From Thermosulfurimonas dismutans (GTDB taxonomy: Bacteria > Desulfobacterota > Thermodesulfobacteria > Thermodesulfobacteriales > Thermodesulfobacteriaceae), in the NCBI RefSeq assembly GCF_001652585.1, contig NZ_LWLG01000012.1, positions 1 through 32,000 of the forward strand: a DNA stretch of 32,000 nucleotides, given 5' to 3'. The translations under genes were made by a program, and so were the position numbers. Shown here piece by piece: positions 16,259 to 22,638 of this stretch; the stretch's first letter is position 1; each line of letters starts with the position of its first letter. The notes beneath the pieces were generated by a model. It had not been told where the DNA came from. It made no database searches and saw only the letters and a list, made by a program, of their open reading frames with translations.

Positions 16259-16414
16259 ACTATACCTCCTCTTTTCCGATTTCGAAAAGATTATGTTCGG
16301 AGTCCGAATTATTCGTTTTTTGAAACGAAAAAATTTCAGGCCGCTCGAGTGCACCCTTTCATTAAGAAAAGCGCTCCCATTTCGTTTCTGCCTAATGAAA
16401 AGATCTCTGCCTAA

Positions 16415-16816
16415 GTGGTGAAAATAGTTGACGGAGACATCCTTTGGCTAAGGACCGAGAATCAAAGGTGTTACATAAAAGTTCGGTTGATAGGTATTGA
16501 CACACCAGAAAACCGCTCCAACAAAAGGGCTAAAAAGCAAGCCAGGAACTGGCGCACATCCGTTAATGAAGTGATTAACCTTGGCAAAAAGGCTAAAACC
16601 AGATTTGTCCTTGAATTGGACGTCCAGATTCTTGACCGTTATGGCCGGGTCCTGGGTTATGTATGGCTGCCAAACGGGGAGATGCTAAATGAGAAGCTTA
16701 TCCGCGAAGGATGGGCAGTTGTTTATACCGTCCCGCCCAACGTGAAGTATGTAGATCGGCTTTTGAAGGCTCAAAGACGGGCCCGCCAAGAATCAAAAGG
16801 GTTGTGGGGCTTTTAA
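16415..16816 (+). CDS. Thermonuclease (staphylococcal-nuclease/SNase-like) family protein
   Basis: 133-aa ORF with a GTG start. VDGD...VRLIGIDTPE matches the SNase Ca-binding/catalytic D..D-T-P-E motif. DRYGRVLGYVW...NEKLIREGWA matches the SNase C-terminal core. No signal peptide is evident. Confidence 0.75.
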   Translation: MVKIVDGDILWLRTENQRCYIKVRLIGIDTPENRSNKRAKKQARNWRTSVNEVINLGKKAKTRFVLELDVQILDRYGRVLGYVWLPNGEMLNEKLIREGWAVVYTVPPNVKYVDRLLKAQRRARQESKGLWGF

Positions 16817-16817
16817 C

Positions 16818-16847
16818 AAAAAGCCCGGCACCGAGGAGGCACCGGGC
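16818..16847 (-). terminator. Possible terminator of the minus-strand small-protein operon
   Basis: 6-bp GC stem GCCCGG (16823-16828) / CCGGGC (16842-16847) with a 13-nt loop. A5 at 16818-16822 gives T5 on the minus strand. It begins 8 nt after the stop at 16855. The stem is short and the loop large. Confidence 0.35.
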
Positions 16848-16854
16848 CAGGGTA

Positions 16855-17016
16855 TTAAAACAACCTTTCTAAGACTAGAAAAAGCCCTTTGCCCACCAGG
16901 GTGGCCATGGTTGCTATCCCGAAAAGCTTGAGGTCTTCCCAAAGCTCGGTGGCCCTACCGGAAAAGCCTCTGCAAGGCAAGTTCACTTCGAGAGTCTTTT
17001 TGAAATTACCCCTCAT
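16855..17016 (-). CDS. Hypothetical 53-aa protein with C-terminal hydrophobic helix
   Basis: Internal ATG at 17016 of the 79-aa track ORF, chosen because it starts 23 nt after the upstream gene's stop (17039). MRGNFKKTLE...LFGIATMATLVGKGLFLVLERLF. A G-rich SD-like stretch lies upstream. Confidence 0.35.
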   Translation of the reverse strand: MRGNFKKTLEVNLPCRGFSGRATELWEDLKLFGIATMATLVGKGLFLVLERLF

Positions 17017-17038
17017 GCACGCGCCCCCTCTCCCTGGA

Positions 17039-17428
17039 TTACCGCAAGGGAAGGCTCGGGCTAAGCGTCCGGGCTTCCCGTAGCGCCCTCTCATCCGCTC
17101 CGTAAAGCTCTTGACCGATCACGCCCACGGCGTCCCGGATATACTCAAGCTCAAGCTCGGCATACCGAGAGAGCATAGTGAGAGCATCGGTGAGTTTGGA
17201 AAGGATGTCCCGGACGTTCAAAACGCTTGGGCAAAAGTCCCCTCTCTGGCAAGTCGGGCACTCATGCCGGTGCCTGACCTCGTGGTGGGCCACCAGGTCA
17301 AGGGCCTGAGCTATCCCCTGGAGGGCTTCCGGTAGGGATTCAAGCTCTTGGTAGGCCTCGGAGAGGATATAGTGGGCCTCATCAAGGGTCACTTCATTAA
17401 GCTTGTGGGTTTTGGTATCCTTAGCCAT
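17039..17428 (-). CDS. Hypothetical protein (129 aa, helical, His/Cys-rich centre HHEVRHRHECPTCQRGDFCP)
   Basis: ORF with SD GGAGG (ACGGAGGTGTCTAGCT-ATG). No family recognised. Confidence 0.6.
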   Translation of the reverse strand: MAKDTKTHKLNEVTLDEAHYILSEAYQELESLPEALQGIAQALDLVAHHEVRHRHECPTCQRGDFCPSVLNVRDILSKLTDALTMLSRYAELELEYIRDAVGVIGQELYGADERALREARTLSPSLPLR

Positions 17429-17507
17429 AGCTAGACACCTCCGTGGTGTTTTTCGGTGTGGGGCCAGGGAGGCAAGTTCACTCCCGTGGCCCCGGTGACT
17501 TTACCCC

Positions 17508-17882
17508 CTAGGCCTCCTCGCTTGAGGGGGCCTTTTTCTTTGCCAGCTCTCTAACGGCTTCCTCTTTGGCAAGGATCAGCTCTTCCTGGTGAGACCGCTT
17601 CAAGCTTTCCAGAGTCTTGGAGAGGTTTTCTTTCCGGTCGAAGGCGTATTGGGCCAGCACTTCGAAGAGAGAGCCGAGGCCCATAAGGGCTTGTTCACCC
17701 CAGTCTTTCACGTCCAGGTCCTTAAAGCCCTGGCCCTGAGAGAGGGAGTAAACCAGGCGGGAGAGGTAGGTCAGGGTTTCGAGGGCATGGCCTAGCTCTT
17801 CCACTTTCAGGGCCTCATCGGAAAGATCCATGGCTAGGAGATCAAAGGGGAAGTGCTCTTTCATGTTTACGGCTTGGGTCAT
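17508..17882 (-). CDS. Hypothetical protein (124 aa, predicted helical, Lys/Glu-rich tail)
   Basis: Start moved to the ATG at 17882 (MTQAVNMKEH...), which has GAGGAGG 7 nt upstream. The track start at 17912 overlaps the upstream gene and has no SD. Confidence 0.6.
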   Translation of the reverse strand: MTQAVNMKEHFPFDLLAMDLSDEALKVEELGHALETLTYLSRLVYSLSQGQGFKDLDVKDWGEQALMGLGSLFEVLAQYAFDRKENLSKTLESLKRSHQEELILAKEEAVRELAKKKAPSSEEA

Positions 17883-17899
17883 GGCTACACCTCCTCGGT

Positions 17900-18241
17900 T
17901 TAGTCTTCGCACCCGGCCCCGGAGTTAATGTCCTCCTCGTCTTCCGGGCCGGGGTTATGGGTTTTGGGCCTAAAGCTTTTTTCAAGCTTGTAACGCAGAT
18001 GGCCCAGGTCTTCGGAGATCCACATGGCATGGGTGTGGAGCACGTCCAGGATGGTAGAGAAGGTGTTTTGAACCTGTTTGGAGGCGAAAAGCAGACCCTC
18101 TTTGTCCTCCGGGTCGGCTTCGGCGACTTGTTCGGCCAACCGGGCCACGTCCGAGAGGAAGTCCAGGGCCAGGGAAAGCTCAAGAACCTCCCGGCTCCTG
18201 ATCTCTAGGGTCTTCAAGTGATCCTTAACTGTGCCGATCAT
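17900..18241 (-). CDS. Hypothetical protein (113 aa, helical, acidic C-terminal tail)
   Basis: ORF with AAGGAGG SD 6-7 nt upstream of the ATG at 18241. No family recognised. Confidence 0.6.
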   Translation of the reverse strand: MIGTVKDHLKTLEIRSREVLELSLALDFLSDVARLAEQVAEADPEDKEGLLFASKQVQNTFSTILDVLHTHAMWISEDLGHLRYKLEKSFRPKTHNPGPEDEEDINSGAGCED

Positions 18242-18262
18242 AACGCACCTCCTTGGTTTGGT

Positions 18263-18463
18263 TTATTCCAGGGAGCCAAGCTCCCGGATGTCCCCAATGG
18301 CCTGGTCTGTAATCACGTAGGCTTCACCTTCAGCCACTAACCGACGGGCCGTCTCAAGGGGCATTTGGGCCGTTACCATGATCCCGTTCCGCCAATACTG
18401 GATACGCTCCGCCTTCAACCTCATCGGGTCTCTCTTGGCTTGGCTGATAAGTTCCTTCCTCAT
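18263..18463 (-). CDS. Hypothetical protein (66 aa)
   Basis: Start moved to the ATG at 18463 (MRKELISQ...), which has GGAGGG 7 nt upstream. The track start at 18511 would lie upstream of the predicted promoter. Confidence 0.55.
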   Translation of the reverse strand: MRKELISQAKRDPMRLKAERIQYWRNGIMVTAQMPLETARRLVAEGEAYVITDQAIGDIRELGSLE

Positions 18464-18537
18464 AGGAAATCCCTCCATTTTAGGGGTTTTATCTTTTTTC
18501 GTTGCTTGCAATAAAAAGCTAGCATGTCCTTTTTAGG

Positions 18538-18566
18538 TTGTCAAGAAGCAAAAAAGATGTTATTCT
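18538..18566 (+). promoter_or_regulatory. Putative sigma70-type promoter giving a leaderless RHH mRNA
   Basis: TTGTCA (18538-18543), 17-bp spacer, TATTCT (18561-18566), then 6 nt to the ATG at 18573 with no SD. On the minus strand a consensus TTGACA (18544-18539) overlaps the same palindromic TTGTCAA. Confidence 0.35.
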
Positions 18567-18572
18567 AAGTCC

Positions 18573-18764
18573 ATGGCTAGACCAAAAGGAAAACCCAAAA
18601 GACACCTCAATACTCCGATAACCGAAGAGCTTTTGAAGGCTTTTAAGATCCTGGCCGTGGAGCAGAACCGCCGGTTAAACGACCTCCTTGAAGAGGCCAT
18701 GCGGGATCTCCTCCGCAAGTATGGCCGTCCGGTGCCAGAGGAGGGCCAGGGAGAGAAAGCGTGA
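18573..18764 (+). CDS. Ribbon-helix-helix (CopG/Arc-like) DNA-binding protein
   Basis: 63 aa. The basic N-terminus KGKPKRHLNTPITEELLKAFKILAVEQNRRLNDLLEEAMRDLL fits a beta-strand/helix/helix RHH layout. The stop overlaps the next GTG start (GTGA). Confidence 0.65.
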   Translation: MARPKGKPKRHLNTPITEELLKAFKILAVEQNRRLNDLLEEAMRDLLRKYGRPVPEEGQGEKA

Positions 18765-18991
18765 AGTTTACCCCCTACTTCACTAACAAAGTTCTTTCAA
18801 AACGGCCTTATTTGCAGGTAGAATGGATTAAACAAGTTATGGAGGCCCCTATAAAAAGAGAAGTTCAACCGGATGGCCGTATTCGGCTCTGGGGTTACAT
18901 TAAAGAGGCCGATAAATACCTCCGGGTAATTCTGGAGCCGGACGGAGAAACTGTCCACAACGCCTTTTTTGATCGGAGGTTTAAGCCATGA
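18761..18991 (+). CDS. Small conserved protein, DUF4258-like (putative toxin partner of DUF2283)
   Basis: 76 aa. The ...DGRIRLWGYIKEADKYLRVILEPDGETVHNAFFDRRF pattern resembles small proteins commonly paired with DUF2283. Family assignment is from memory, not a search. ATGA overlap with the next gene. Confidence 0.5.
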   Translation: MKFTPYFTNKVLSKRPYLQVEWIKQVMEAPIKREVQPDGRIRLWGYIKEADKYLRVILEPDGETVHNAFFDRRFKP

Positions 18992-19212
18992 AGATCACCT
19001 ACTATCCCGAAGATGATGTGATCTATATTGATCTCCAGGACAAGCCAAGCGTGGAATCCGAGGAGGTCTCCCCCGACATAGTGGTGGATTTTGACGAAGA
19101 AGGTATTCCGGTAGGAATAGAGATTTCCAACGCCAGTCAAAAAGTTCGCTTTCAGGACCTTGAGATCATAAACCTTCCTGTCTCTGGTCTCACACTCAAA
19201 AAGGCCGCTTGA
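18988..19212 (+). CDS. DUF2283 family protein (putative antitoxin-like)
   Basis: 74 aa. MKITYYPEDDVIYIDLQDKPSVESEEV...VVDFDEEGIPVGIEISNAS is the characteristic DUF2283 signature. GGAGG SD at 18975-18979. Confidence 0.8.
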   Translation: MKITYYPEDDVIYIDLQDKPSVESEEVSPDIVVDFDEEGIPVGIEISNASQKVRFQDLEIINLPVSGLTLKKAA

Positions 19213-19252
19213 TTACTCATGAAGACTAGCGGCCTGGGGGAAAGGCAGTCCC

Positions 19253-19441
19253 TTAGTGCTCGGCTAGGTATTTCAGGGCCTCTTGCCATTCAGGGGTGGA
19301 AAGCTCCTCCTCGGTGGCTTCTACCTCTTGAAGTATACGGGACCACTCCTCTTTATCGGCCTCTTCACTTCTGGTCGTAAAGGAGGCCTTAAAATAATAG
19401 GCCATGACCTGGTTTAGCTCTTCCCTGCTTATTGCCTTCAT
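19253..19441 (-). CDS. Hypothetical small acidic protein (start uncertain: 19441 or 19567)
   Basis: The 104-aa track ORF overlaps the upstream HTH gene by 77 nt. The internal ATG at 19441 (MKAISREEL...) removes the overlap but has only a weak SD. Confidence 0.4.
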   Translation of the reverse strand: MKAISREELNQVMAYYFKASFTTRSEEADKEEWSRILQEVEATEEELSTPEWQEALKYLAEH

Positions 19442-19490
19442 AGCCTCATTTTTCCCAAGCCAATGAGGGTCCGTCAAGGCTCCGAGAGTT

Positions 19491-19685
19491 TCAAGAACCG
19501 CTAGGCCCTGGCTCCTCCAGCCACCTCTTAAGCGCTGAAAGCGTAGTAACCGGCTTCTTATATCCACGCTTGGTGGGAAGCAATTTGATTGGCACTCCCC
19601 ATCGCTCCCAGTTATCCTTAAGCGTCCGCTCAGAAACCCTCAGAACCCCGGCTATCTCCTTCCAGCCCATGAGAAGGTCTTCCAT
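19491..19685 (-). CDS. Small helix-turn-helix DNA-binding protein (excisionase/regulator-like)
   Basis: MGWKEIAGVLRVSERTLKDNWERWGVPI is an HTH-like segment. The start is ambiguous (ATG 19685 or 19670; the track TTG at 19757 overlaps the upstream gene). Confidence 0.55.
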   Translation of the reverse strand: MEDLLMGWKEIAGVLRVSERTLKDNWERWGVPIKLLPTKRGYKKPVTTLSALKRWLEEPGPSGS

Positions 19686-19710
19686 GTCCCTGATTTTACC
19701 ACAACTAGGC

Positions 19711-20334
19711 CTATTTTCCGCCCTTTTTGGCTCTCCGGTTCCGAGAAGGGCACTCAAGCTTTACTTTGATCTTGCTCAAAGGACAGTTCGTTTTCTCCAG
19801 AGCCTGCAAAAACTTGAAGTAGGCGGCCTCAAACTCCTCCAGGCTCCACCTCTCATCCATCTTGGGCGTATAGGCCCCTTCCCGGGCATAGGACCGCAAG
19901 ATCTCAAATATTTCCTTCCGTAAGATCTCTCTCACCTGGGGCAGGGTGAGCTTTCGGCCTGCCAATTGTTTGGCTAGCTTAAATTCCAGGGCAATAAGCC
20001 CTTGCCGAAATTCAGCGGCCCTTTGCGCCCACTCAACCTCTACCCGGTCCCGTTCAATCAAATTCCCTTTGGTGGTCTCAAGCTCAAGGCGTTCTTTCTC
20101 TAGCTTGACCTTTTCTCGCTCGGTCCGGATCTTTTCAAGTTCTTCCGGCACCGGTTGGTGAATGTCCTCTAGGTAGTATCGCAAAAGATCCGGTAAGTAG
20201 TAAAACACCCGTCCATTTTTATCTTGCTTTCGAGCCTCGCAAGCCGAAGCCCACCGCCTTAAAGTTCTCTCAGATCGCCCAAAGAGATCTTGAAGGGCCT
20301 GGATCGAAAGGTAAAGCTCGCCGTTCTCGGTCAT
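19711..20334 (-). CDS. Phage Nu1-like small terminase subunit-like / HTH + coiled-coil protein
   Basis: 207 aa with AAAGGAGG SD. The N-terminal HTH (LSIQALQDLFGRSERTLRRWA...VFYYLPDLLRYYL) parallels lambda Nu1 (LADIFGASIRTIQNWQ...). It is followed by KLEKERLELETTKGNLIERDRVE...LAKQLAG, typical of Nu1-type TerS. Assignment made by eye only. Confidence 0.5.
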   Translation of the reverse strand: MTENGELYLSIQALQDLFGRSERTLRRWASACEARKQDKNGRVFYYLPDLLRYYLEDIHQPVPEELEKIRTEREKVKLEKERLELETTKGNLIERDRVEVEWAQRAAEFRQGLIALEFKLAKQLAGRKLTLPQVREILRKEIFEILRSYAREGAYTPKMDERWSLEEFEAAYFKFLQALEKTNCPLSKIKVKLECPSRNRRAKKGGK

Positions 20335-20521
20335 CGCAAACCTCCTTTTGGCCGTTTAGCTACAAGACTTCAAAACCTGTAAGGCTGTCTTCTCAAGGCT
20401 TTTTGGGTCTTCGCCGGGGCTTTTATAGTGTCGGCCACGGCTTCCGGCGAGTTCAAAACGCCTTTTTCGCCGCAGGGGCCGAGACCCTTGCCGCCCGCCC
20501 TCCAGAAGGACCCGCAAGGTT

Positions 20522-21139
20522 TCACGCATGGCCACCCACCGCTCTTTTCTTGTAGCCTACCAGTTTGGCGAGTAGACGATTTTCTTCCTCGGAAAGAAAC
20601 GGGCTCGGGCGGCCAGTTATCCAATGGGCCGCAACGTCTGCGTGAAGCTCCGAAAGCCAGGACTCCATCTCGCACTCCGCAAGGGTATGGCCTAAAAGGT
20701 GGTGACTAAGCTCATGCGCTAAGGCATAGGTCTTCACTTCTGGCCCAAGACCTTCCTTAATCAGGATAAGCCCGGTTTTCTCCCGCTTTGCACACTCGGT
20801 TAGCTTCCAAAAGATCTCGTCTCTCGCTAGATCTTTGTCTATCAGGTCAGGCTCAGGAGCAGGAAGATCGCCCTTCTTGAGATTCTCAATAAGCTTTCTC
20901 CGGACTATCCTTGCAGGATTTATGGTAAGAGCCAGACCATGACAAGCCTTGATAGACACCTCAAGCACCTCAAACCCGCAATTTTTCACTAAGCCCTCAA
21001 CTTCCTCAGGGGGAAGAGGAGCCTTGAAGAGCACGGGAAACTTGTAAAGAAGCGAGCCAAGAAGGGCCAGAAGGTTCTCCCAGGAAGGGTCTCGGAGATA
21101 GCGGTCTCGCATCATTAGGTAGACGGCATTTACGTTCAT
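20522..21139 (-). CDS. HExxH zinc metallopeptidase-like protein, ImmA/IrrE-like (paralog 1)
   Basis: 205 aa with ALAHELSHHLLGH ... SELHADVAAHW. The ATG overlaps the stop of the upstream paralog (ATGA). The N-terminal ~58 aa are homologous to the neighbour. Confidence 0.7.
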   Translation of the reverse strand: MNVNAVYLMMRDRYLRDPSWENLLALLGSLLYKFPVLFKAPLPPEEVEGLVKNCGFEVLEVSIKACHGLALTINPARIVRRKLIENLKKGDLPAPEPDLIDKDLARDEIFWKLTECAKREKTGLILIKEGLGPEVKTYALAHELSHHLLGHTLAECEMESWLSELHADVAAHWITGRPSPFLSEEENRLLAKLVGYKKRAVGGHA

Positions 21140-21771
21140 GGATGCACCTCTTGAGGGTCTTGGCCTTTGAGCACGACCAGGGCTTCTTTGAGGAGCTTTT
21201 CTTCCCCGGTGGTCAAAGCCTCAAGAACCAAATTTGTTTTAGAGTCAAGGCGAGGATGCGGAACACCGGAAACCCACCGGGCAAAAAGATGAGCGTGGAA
21301 CTCTGCAACCCCACGAGGCACGCTCCAGTTTTCAAGGTGTCCCAAAAAGATATGCCCAAGCTCATGGGCCAGGGTCGGAGCATATTCTTCCTCTGGGAGC
21401 TTCTCCCGCATAATGACCACCGGGCCTCCACCTCGCTCAAGGAGCTTCTTGACCCGAGAGAGCATTTCGTCTGAAAGTAAGCCCGGCTCCCTTTCGGTAA
21501 TTAAGGGCTTGTCTCTCCCGGCGATTTCACGGGGAAGATCTTGGGGGTCTCTCACCATGACCGTGAGAACCGTTGTTTGCTCCAAAGGGTAAGGCCAGAT
21601 CTCAATTCCCGCTTCTTGGGCCAGTCGCTCGATCTCCATCGGGCTCAAGGGGGCCTTCTGTAAGAGAGGGTATTTGTGGGCCAGAGCCCCCATGAGGGCC
21701 ATGGCGTTCGCTAGGGTCGGATTGGCTAAATATTGGCGTTTCATAGTGGAGTAGAGAACTTTTGGGTTCAT
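21136..21771 (-). CDS. HExxH zinc metallopeptidase-like protein, ImmA/IrrE-like (paralog 2)
   Basis: Start moved to the ATG at 21771 (MNPKVLYSTMKRQYL...), which has GGAGGAG 4 nt upstream. TLAHELGHIFLGH ... AEFHAHLFARW. Confidence 0.7.
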   Translation of the reverse strand: MNPKVLYSTMKRQYLANPTLANAMALMGALAHKYPLLQKAPLSPMEIERLAQEAGIEIWPYPLEQTTVLTVMVRDPQDLPREIAGRDKPLITEREPGLLSDEMLSRVKKLLERGGGPVVIMREKLPEEEYAPTLAHELGHIFLGHLENWSVPRGVAEFHAHLFARWVSGVPHPRLDSKTNLVLEALTTGEEKLLKEALVVLKGQDPQEVHP

Positions 21772-21814
21772 ATTTCTCCTCCCGCAAGGGCCCGGGGTGC
21801 CCGGGCCCGAAGTT

Positions 21815-22549
21815 TTACTCCGCAGGCTCAAGCCCCAGAGCCTTATCAAGGGCCTTCGTAAGGCGGTCCTCGGCCCACGAAAAGTCTACTCTGACAGTAA
21901 GAAAGCCAAGCTCTTCTCCAAAGATTTCGTCGCCATTTACTTCGGCTGTGCGTGCCTCGAACTGTCCAGGGGCCACTTCTTCAAGGAGTTCTAACTGGAG
22001 GCCAGGTCTAGCAAACGGACGGTGCAGAAGTTCCCCGAAAATCTCTTCGGGTTTCCCGTCCCGTTTGTAGCCTATCTTCTGCATACAAAGCTCCATCTGA
22101 TCGAGCCAATCGAGAGATCGGATAAAGATGGTGTGACTCCGTAGAATTTTCCGTGCAAGCTCCTGGTAGTTCCGTAGTTCCCGTTGGGCCAGGTCCATTA
22201 CTTTGTCTCGCAGGACCAGGTAAATTCCGACTCTGGCCTTCTGCGCCTCCGCTTCCTTTTCGGCTTGCCGCCTCTGAAGTTCTTTCAAGGCGAGTTCGCA
22301 TCCCTGAATCTCAAGACCGTTTTTGTCCATTTGCTTCCGCTTGGCCTCGGCCTCCTTGCGGGCGGTCTCGGGAAGCTCGCCCAGATTGATCTTGGCCAAG
22401 ATTTCACCCGCTTCCTTTTGGAGAGAAGCATTTTCCTCCTGGAGGGCCTGGATCTTCCTTTGAAGCTCCGCTATCTTGACCTGGATCTTCTCAATTTCCT
22501 TGATGGCCTTAAAATACTTGTCCCGAGCTTTTTGGACTTTGTCTCTCAT
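21815..22549 (-). CDS. Hypothetical coiled-coil protein (244 aa)
   Basis: The N-terminal ~110 aa are heptad-rich (KIQVKIAELQRKIQALQEENASLQKEAGE...AEKEAEAQKAR). The C-terminal ~130 aa look globular. SD GCAGGAGGTG upstream. Confidence 0.65.
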   Translation of the reverse strand: MRDKVQKARDKYFKAIKEIEKIQVKIAELQRKIQALQEENASLQKEAGEILAKINLGELPETARKEAEAKRKQMDKNGLEIQGCELALKELQRRQAEKEAEAQKARVGIYLVLRDKVMDLAQRELRNYQELARKILRSHTIFIRSLDWLDQMELCMQKIGYKRDGKPEEIFGELLHRPFARPGLQLELLEEVAPGQFEARTAEVNGDEIFGEELGFLTVRVDFSWAEDRLTKALDKALGLEPAE

Positions 22550-22638
22550 TTTTGCACCTCCTGCAAAGTTTTAGTGTTAAGTCAAACCCCTAACCCGAAA
22601 AGCTCAGCCCGGTGGGGTCCCGGCACTTAGGTTTTGGT

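Noticed and set aside
15987-16421. Two plus-strand ORFs (69 and 68 aa) between attL and the nuclease gene
   Set aside because: They run through the TTTTTTCGCA repeats and the hairpin, lack SDs and have junk-like composition. The minus-strand 21-codon ORF with a perfect SD explains the region better.
20370-20675. 101-aa minus-strand ORF, or its 51-codon GTG-initiated part (20370-20525) coupled GTGA to the peptidase stop
   Set aside because: The upstream part overlaps the peptidase gene out of frame. The downstream 51 codons are Gly/Arg/Pro-rich with no SD. It could be a real small basic protein, but the evidence is too thin. The region is more likely regulatory or pac-like non-coding DNA upstream of the TerS-like gene.
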